DNA from: Candidatus Latescibacterota bacterium
Lineage (GTDB): Bacteria; Latescibacterota; UBA2968; SICM01
Direction of reading: 5' to 3'
Assembly: GCA_965217865.1 (NCBI GenBank)
Contig: CBDCJO010000002.1
Coordinates: forward strand, 1,472,001-1,536,000
Length of the DNA: 64,000 bases
The position numbers and the translations under genes are program-made. This document shows positions 57,958 to 64,000 of this stretch, one piece after another. Under the pieces are notes generated by a model. That model ran no database searches. It saw nothing but the letters and a program-made list of their open reading frames with translations, and was not told the DNA's origin. Position 1 is the first letter of the stretch, and every line of letters starts with the position of its first letter.

Positions 57958-60207
57958 CTAGAATCCGGAACCATATCCGGGCGTGAGTGCCATTCGCCCC
58001 ACCTGAATGACGGTTACCTGGGCGGTTTGCGTGCCGGGCGGACGCGTACCTGTGTTTGGAGGCGTTGGCTCATCGATGGTAAGCTCACCTTCTTCGGCGA
58101 TTGGATGATCCCTATCCAGCCCATCTCGATCGAGCGCGGAATCGGGCGCGGTCGCAGCGCCATCCAAACCATCAAACTGGGCTTTGAGCTCGTCCATTCC
58201 CCACTTCGCTCCATAGAGGATGATCTGGACATTCCCCTTGGATCTCATCTCCTTATAAAAATCGGGATCCAGTGTGTCCCAGCCGCCAATGTGCGGATCG
58301 GCAATCAGCACGTCGACAAGCCCTTTCTCGACCCACTCCCGCACATCCAGGGCATACCGGAGGTTCACCTGTTCATTCGAAAACGCGTAGGGTATCAGCT
58401 TGATCGGGGTTTTCTGTTTTTTTGACTCCTCGTCGAGCATTTTTCGAAGATCCTCCATCAGTTTGGTGACGTGCCGGGCGCGGAATTTCAGCCAGCGGCC
58501 GTCGTCATCGGGAAGCTCCAGCGGATCCTCTCCGTATTCCTTTTCGAAGGCCTCACACACGTGCGGCTCGTAACCGACAAATTCCGGACCCCTGAGAAAA
58601 CCCAGTGCAATCCCGTCAATCCTGCCGCCTCCGACCTGGCAGTGCCCGATGATTTCCCGGTAGAGGGCCACAACGTAGTCGCGGACTTCGGGATACGCGT
58701 AGCTCATCTTGGCCGTGGCATGAACGCCGTCCTTATTGATAATGCAGTACTCCGGATGATTGCGGAAGAACGGCCCCGAGTTCCCTTCCGAATCAGAGCC
58801 CCACGCCCCCATGCGGAGCATCACCCAGAAGTCCAGGCCCATCCGGTGCGCTTCATCGGTCGATACGGTCAGGACGTTCACGCCATTTTCGATGAGCGAC
58901 CTCCGGCCATGGATGCTGAACTCATCCCACTGCCGCTTCGTGACGCACGATTGAATACCCGGTTCTCCAACCTTTGTCGGGTATGTGGTCTTGTCGATTG
59001 ACAGCGTAGGGCCCAACACCAAGATGTTGCAGTCCTCAGCCCGTCTGACATAAGTCCGAACGATTTGTCTTACGTCGCCTTCGGTGGTCGCGTCGTACTC
59101 GACCAGTGCATCCGTGTCCCATCCGACAGTAATCATCGGCTTTTTCGCCTTCACGGGTTCTGAGACCGATGGGACGGCTTCAGCCGGAACGAACCTCAGC
59201 CACGCAACGCCACAGCGGACGTTGAAATGTATGTAGTCCGGCTTATAGATCCCCGGGCCGCACCAGGTGGCGAACCGGCTCTTTTGGCGGAGGCGGATGT
59301 CCTGGCCGTCCATCTTGACACGCTTCCAGATTCGCTCCCGAAAAAACCCACGTTTCACCGAAAAATACGGTTCGTTCCATCCCGGCGTCGGATGGAGCGG
59401 CAAATGTGTAAAGCCCGATTCGCTGGTTGTCCTGATATCGATCCCGGCGAAGTTGTATTTCTCATCGTGAGGGGAGACCGGATCGTAGAGCCCCACGTAA
59501 ACGTCATACCAGCCCGCCAACTTTTCCTCACCCAGAGGTAAAACGATCTCCTCTCCGAAGCAATCTTCATCGACTTCCAGCCCAACGCCTTCCTCAACGC
59601 CACGCTCGGGGGCCGCGTATTTCGACAGTTTCCACGTGCCATGGCTCGTGTTGACATGCTTCGGTGTCGGGATGGGAATCAGCTTCAACGATGCCAAAGT
59701 GCATGGCAAAGTCCGATGTCTCCACACCGGGATCTGGGCAAGGTGCAGGTCCTGGCCTGCCAGGTCCGCGATCTTCCAGACTCGTTCATTGACCTTTAAG
59801 CTCTTGGTTTCGGCGTGCGCCTCCCAGGTTGACCAATCCGGGTCTTTGCTTAGCCTTGCGTGTATCCCCTCCCCTGGAGGCCGATAGTGAGGGGGATTGT
59901 GATCCCACATGCCGTAGCGGACCTCATACCAGCCCTTGAGCTTCAATGCGCTCAGCCTGTAAACGACCGGTGTCGCTAGCGTGGTCTCTGTACCGAACAG
60001 CGCAAAACCTTCGACATCTCCTGCCTTGTATGGCTTCAGCTGCCATATGCCGGGGGTCTCCGGATGCCTGGACACGAAGGTCTGCGGCTCGCACGCGCTG
60101 AAGTCGGTGATGGTGATCGTTTCCCTCGATGTGTTCGTACGGCTTGCAGGGGCACATCGGCTCAAGTCCGAGATCAGCCGTTCGTCTCGACCATTGTTGT
60201 CTGGCAC
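57958..60207 (-). CDS. GHL10-like TIM-barrel protein with duplicated N-terminal module, copy 4 (most diverged)
   Basis: Same architecture; MPDNNGRDERLISD start, FFRNHPE, MSYAYPEVR, GYGSGF end. Confidence 0.72.
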   Translation of the reverse strand: MPDNNGRDERLISDLSRCAPASRTNTSRETITITDFSACEPQTFVSRHPETPGIWQLKPYKAGDVEGFALFGTETTLATPVVYRLSALKLKGWYEVRYGMWDHNPPHYRPPGEGIHARLSKDPDWSTWEAHAETKSLKVNERVWKIADLAGQDLHLAQIPVWRHRTLPCTLASLKLIPIPTPKHVNTSHGTWKLSKYAAPERGVEEGVGLEVDEDCFGEEIVLPLGEEKLAGWYDVYVGLYDPVSPHDEKYNFAGIDIRTTSESGFTHLPLHPTPGWNEPYFSVKRGFFRERIWKRVKMDGQDIRLRQKSRFATWCGPGIYKPDYIHFNVRCGVAWLRFVPAEAVPSVSEPVKAKKPMITVGWDTDALVEYDATTEGDVRQIVRTYVRRAEDCNILVLGPTLSIDKTTYPTKVGEPGIQSCVTKRQWDEFSIHGRRSLIENGVNVLTVSTDEAHRMGLDFWVMLRMGAWGSDSEGNSGPFFRNHPEYCIINKDGVHATAKMSYAYPEVRDYVVALYREIIGHCQVGGGRIDGIALGFLRGPEFVGYEPHVCEAFEKEYGEDPLELPDDDGRWLKFRARHVTKLMEDLRKMLDEESKKQKTPIKLIPYAFSNEQVNLRYALDVREWVEKGLVDVLIADPHIGGWDTLDPDFYKEMRSKGNVQIILYGAKWGMDELKAQFDGLDGAATAPDSALDRDGLDRDHPIAEEGELTIDEPTPPNTGTRPPGTQTAQVTVIQVGRMALTPGYGSGF

Positions 60208-60279
60208 AGCAAACTCCTTTCAGTCCCAACCTTCCTTAGATGTGTCCGGGCACTCAATCGCTCGTCAACGGCTCGCGCT

Positions 60280-61584
60280 CTACATGTCTGTCTCGCGGTA
60301 TATCTCTTCCTGGTCCGGTGCCGTTTCTTTCCGGACCGGAGGCAGAATGGTCACATCCCCCGGCTCCAGCCCCACCGGGCGCACGTAGCCCTCGGTGAAC
60401 CGGGCGAGCCCGATGTAGGCCACGCTGCAAGAGGCGTACTCCATATCCGGCTTCGGCTGCCAACCCTTGGCCACGTATTCCCCTTCTACCTCGGTTGGCT
60501 TCTGGTTGTAATACGCCGTCACAATGCTGCCGTCGGATAGTTGGGCAGAGATGGGGTACCCGAGACCGCCCGCGCCCCGGTATCGCTCCGTACCGTTATC
60601 CTCGAGGACGATTTCGTTCTCCACGTCCCATGTCTCGCCCCCGTCCTGGGAAAGGCAGGCACGAATACCGAAGGGGCGGAAACGGCGGCCGTAGGTGCAG
60701 AGTACCTTACCGCTCTTGAGTTCGAGCAGATGCGGCGGGTAGCCGCGCATCGGGGTCGGGTGGAAGGGTTCCCAGGTCTTCCCGTTGTCGTCGGACCATG
60801 CCACTTGAATGTTGACGCCGTCGACCATGTTCCGGGCGGCCAGGAGGATACGGCCGCTCCCACGTAGCCGAATCATGCCGCACTCGGCGTGCCGATACGG
60901 CCCCGTGTACGGCACGGGCGTGATATTCCATCTCCTCCCGCCGTCGCGCGACGAAAGGATATAGACGTGATTCTTCTCCTCGTCCGATGATTGTTTTCCC
61001 ACCATCGTTCCCATCACCGTCCCATCCTCGAGCACGAACCAGCCCGATCCGGTGCCCCCGCCCCAGCATCCAAGCGTGTAGTAGGGTCCGATCTCCTCCG
61101 GTTCGCGCGTTTCCCACGTTTTTCCGCCGTCCGTCGACCGGTGGCAATACAGGCGCGATATGTAGCCTACGATCCCGGGCCCCGCATTCAGGAGGATCGG
61201 TGTTTCTTTCTCGATCTGCTCGGCCCGACCCGCCGGTGCCGTCATCCAGTGCGATTCCAGATACACCAGCGTTCCGTCGGGAAGCCGGACGGCGTCGTCA
61301 CGAAACGTTTCAGCGGAGGGGTCCTGCGTCATATCGCGAATCACGGGTTCCTTCGATACCAATTCCCACGTCAGTCCCATGTCGCCCGATCTCATGCGCA
61401 ATGCGAAGCACTCTTCCCCTTCTACCATGTGCATGTTCCAACCGGGCAGTATGCGCCGCGAAAGGAACCGAACCTCAATCGCATTGTTTTCGCCAATCGA
61501 CATCTTCGGGAAATCGCTCAACCAGCCTTCTCGTTGATACACAATCGTGTTATACTTCCATCCCTTCATATCTTTGATCAACAT
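60280..61584 (-). CDS. BNR/Asp-box sialidase-like protein
   Basis: STDGGKTW, SRDGGRRW, SDDNGKTW, SQDGGETW; GYPPHLL, TYGRR, LGYP. Confidence 0.82.
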   Translation of the reverse strand: MLIKDMKGWKYNTIVYQREGWLSDFPKMSIGENNAIEVRFLSRRILPGWNMHMVEGEECFALRMRSGDMGLTWELVSKEPVIRDMTQDPSAETFRDDAVRLPDGTLVYLESHWMTAPAGRAEQIEKETPILLNAGPGIVGYISRLYCHRSTDGGKTWETREPEEIGPYYTLGCWGGGTGSGWFVLEDGTVMGTMVGKQSSDEEKNHVYILSSRDGGRRWNITPVPYTGPYRHAECGMIRLRGSGRILLAARNMVDGVNIQVAWSDDNGKTWEPFHPTPMRGYPPHLLELKSGKVLCTYGRRFRPFGIRACLSQDGGETWDVENEIVLEDNGTERYRGAGGLGYPISAQLSDGSIVTAYYNQKPTEVEGEYVAKGWQPKPDMEYASCSVAYIGLARFTEGYVRPVGLEPGDVTILPPVRKETAPDQEEIYRETDM

Positions 61585-61650
61585 CTGGCCTGACCTCTCT
61601 ATTAGGACGTATCAATGAATTCTTAACACACTTCGTGTCCACCATCGTCT

Positions 61651-62517
61651 CTACGGGCTGCTATCTTCCAATCCCGCGGGAACCCCGTACGGTCGGTCAG
61701 GGTAAGTGTTGACTAACGGCCATCCCTGTCCGCCGATAAAGCGAAACTTCTCGGATTTGCCGCACAGCCAGCAGAACATCTCGGCGTTGTTGATGACGTC
61801 TCGATACTGTTGCCGGTAGGTCAGGATACCGGACCCATAGTCGGCTGTGGCCAGATCGAAGTCCGCTTCGGTGATCCAGTCGCGCTTGGGCGGCGTTGTG
61901 CGGAAGTAGCAATATTTGAGGTTGTGGCGCACGCCTGTGGCCGTCGAGGCCGCACGGCGGTGCCAGATCGAATAGACCGTGAGGACAACTGTGCCGGCGG
62001 ACGCGACCAGTTCGTGCGAGCCCCGGATCCTGCCGTAGTGTCCCATGTAGTTCTGTCTCGTCTGACCGATGGAATAGAGGAAATGGGATCCGGGCACCAC
62101 CTCGGTCGGTCCCAGTTCCCTTGGGACATCCTGCGGAAAATAGAAAACCTGCAAGTATTTAAGCTCGGGTCCGTACTGCGACCCCCCGTCTCTGTGCCAA
62201 AACTGACTCCCGCTCGGGGGGGTGGCTCGATGGTTGGTCATGTGAATCGGTAGACCAAATTCCTTTCCCAGCAGTGACCGGACCGCACCCGCGACCTCGG
62301 GTAATACGATCACGTTCTTGACAAACCAATCTTCGTGAAGCAGTTCGTTTGGATCTCCAGGGGATGGTGGCGGCCCGCCACTTTCAACCTCCAAGAATTC
62401 GATGGTTTTTCGGTTGATTTCCTCGGGGACCACGCCTTCGAATACATGGAAGCCCTTTTTACAAAACTCCAGCACTTCGGAATCCTTTAATGTGGCCCGA
62501 CAATCGTGCGTCTTCAT
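61651..62517 (-). CDS. PhyH-family Fe(II)/2-oxoglutarate dioxygenase, copy 1
   Basis: WHRD (HxD), GPTEVVPGSH, WHR. Confidence 0.88.
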   Translation of the reverse strand: MKTHDCRATLKDSEVLEFCKKGFHVFEGVVPEEINRKTIEFLEVESGGPPPSPGDPNELLHEDWFVKNVIVLPEVAGAVRSLLGKEFGLPIHMTNHRATPPSGSQFWHRDGGSQYGPELKYLQVFYFPQDVPRELGPTEVVPGSHFLYSIGQTRQNYMGHYGRIRGSHELVASAGTVVLTVYSIWHRRAASTATGVRHNLKYCYFRTTPPKRDWITEADFDLATADYGSGILTYRQQYRDVINNAEMFCWLCGKSEKFRFIGGQGWPLVNTYPDRPYGVPAGLEDSSP

Positions 62518-62523
62518 CGTTGA

Positions 62524-62596
62524 TTATCTCCACCGGCAGAGAATGAACTCGCAGCCCAGCCCATCGGTACGCTTATCGTCGACGAGAAGGGCCATC
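62524..62596 (-). pseudogene. Duplicated 3' stub of the 63497-63862 gene
   Basis: Reads MALLVDDKRTDGLGCEFILCRWR-stop versus MALLVDDKRTYGLGCEFILERWR-stop. Confidence 0.75.
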
Positions 62597-63490
62597 GCCC
62601 GAAACAGGCGTTCGCTGGCGTTTTAACAGGCTGTTATCTTCCAATCCCACGGGAACCCCGTACGGTCGGTCAGGGTACGAGAGGACCAACGGCCATCCCT
62701 GTCCGCCGATAGAGCTAAACTTCCCGGATTTGCCGCACAACCAGCAGAACATCTCGGCATTGTCGGTGATGTCCCGCATCTGCTGCCGGTAGGTCAGGAC
62801 CCCGGACCCATAGTTGGCTGTAGCCAGGTCGAAGGCCGCTTCGGTGATCCAGTCCCGCCTGGGCGGCGTTGTGCGGAAGTAGCAGTATTTGAGGTTGTGG
62901 CGCACGCCTGTGGATGGCGCGACCGCACGGCGGTGCCAGATCGAATAAACCGTGAGGACAACTGTGCCGGCGGGCACGACCAATTCGTGCGAGCCCCGGA
63001 TCCTGCCGTAGTGTCCCATGTAGTTCTGTACCTTCTGACCGATGGAATAGAGGAAGTGGGATCCGGGCACCACCTCGGTCGGTCCCATTTCCCTTGAGAC
63101 ATCCTGCGGAAGATAGAAAACCTGAAGGTAATTCAACTCGGGACCGTACTGCGACCCCCCATCTCTGTGCCAAAACTGACTCTCCTTCGAGTGCGTGCCT
63201 CGATGGTTGGTCATCTGAATCGGTTGGCCAAAGTCCTTTCCCAACAGTGACCGGACCGCACCCGCGACTTCGGGCGATATGATCACGTTGTCGACAAACC
63301 AATCTTCTAGAAGCAGTTCGTTTGGATCTCCTGGGGACGGTGGCGGACCGCCACTTTCGGTGTCTAAGAATTCGATGGTTTTTCGGTTGATTTCCTCGGG
63401 GACCACGCCTTCTAGTACATGGAAGCCCTTTCTGCAAAATTCCAGTACTTCGGAATCCGTTAATGTGGCCGGACAATCGTGCAGCTTCAT
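62573..63490 (-). CDS. PhyH-family Fe(II)/2-oxoglutarate dioxygenase, copy 2
   Basis: Tandem paralog 973 bp from copy 1; C-terminus extended through the duplication junction. Confidence 0.88.
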   Translation of the reverse strand: MKLHDCPATLTDSEVLEFCRKGFHVLEGVVPEEINRKTIEFLDTESGGPPPSPGDPNELLLEDWFVDNVIISPEVAGAVRSLLGKDFGQPIQMTNHRGTHSKESQFWHRDGGSQYGPELNYLQVFYLPQDVSREMGPTEVVPGSHFLYSIGQKVQNYMGHYGRIRGSHELVVPAGTVVLTVYSIWHRRAVAPSTGVRHNLKYCYFRTTPPRRDWITEAAFDLATANYGSGVLTYRQQMRDITDNAEMFCWLCGKSGKFSSIGGQGWPLVLSYPDRPYGVPVGLEDNSLLKRQRTPVSGDGPSRRR

Positions 63491-63496
63491 CGTTGA

Positions 63497-63862
63497 TTAC
63501 CTCCACCGCTCGAGAATGAACTCGCAGCCCAGTCCATAGGTGCGCTTATCGTCGACGAGAAGGGCCATTTCGGGGAATTTTATGATCCTCCAGCCATCTT
63601 GCATCGCCTGGCTCACCGTCTGGTACGGCCAGTCGTCCGGGTCTCGGGGGCCGTCGGAAAACTTCCCGTTTTCAAAGATGCTCATCCCAATGACCGGAGT
63701 GGTCACGCGCGTTTGTTCGGCTTGGAGATAGAGCAGCTCCTGGCGTTCCGGTTTCGCGTCGTCGGCCAATTCCGCGATTCGGCTCAAATCCCCCTCAGTT
63801 AGATCTCCCTTTCGAAGTTTCTCAATGCATGCTTCAACCTCATGCTGAATCTTACGCTGCAT
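63497..63862 (-). CDS. Small conserved hypothetical protein upstream of PhyH
   Basis: GAGGAGG RBS; PY.TV..AM.DGWRIIKFP...EFILE motif. Confidence 0.75.
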   Translation of the reverse strand: MQRKIQHEVEACIEKLRKGDLTEGDLSRIAELADDAKPERQELLYLQAEQTRVTTPVIGMSIFENGKFSDGPRDPDDWPYQTVSQAMQDGWRIIKFPEMALLVDDKRTYGLGCEFILERWR

Positions 63863-64000
63863 TCAGGCCTCCTCTCTCAGACGTGCAACATCCGGGCTAA
63901 GAGACATAACCCGGATAGCTCAAAACTCTTGAACCATAGGTCACTTCGAGATCTATTTTCATGACCTGGACCGACGCGTGGAGATTCGGATATCTCGGTG

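Overview
A GC-rich bacterial window with almost every gene on the minus strand. It holds no rRNA, tRNA or CRISPR array. Most of it (about 5-62 kb) is a carbohydrate/glycoconjugate-catabolism island of enzymes with no evident signal peptides: GH127-like, GH106-like, two GH29 fucosidases, two beta-propeller GHs, two BNR/sialidase-like proteins, a Thr-motif sulfatase-family enzyme, an SDR, two PhyH dioxygenases and nine GHL10/DUF187-like TIM-barrel paralogs. The island appears built by repeated duplication and shuffling. The most unusual part (40.5-60.2 kb) is a thrice-repeated two-gene module: a ~620-660 aa DUF6785/DUF6784-like polytopic membrane protein followed by a ~745 aa barrel protein with a doubled N-terminal module. 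The copies show mosaic identity, hypervariable patches, loss of the usual catalytic-strand Asp and a G10 frameshift in one transporter. At 26.9-29.4 kb lies an integrase-less integron-like cassette region with a clear attC and two copies of an attI-like site plus promoter. At 36.5-40.5 kb three elements sit end to end at CTAG/TA junctions: IS630, IS1380 and a MITE-like element containing IS200. Gene content resembles Latescibacterota/Poribacteria/PVC-type genomes (inference only). All family assignments are by-eye motif recognition, not database searches.
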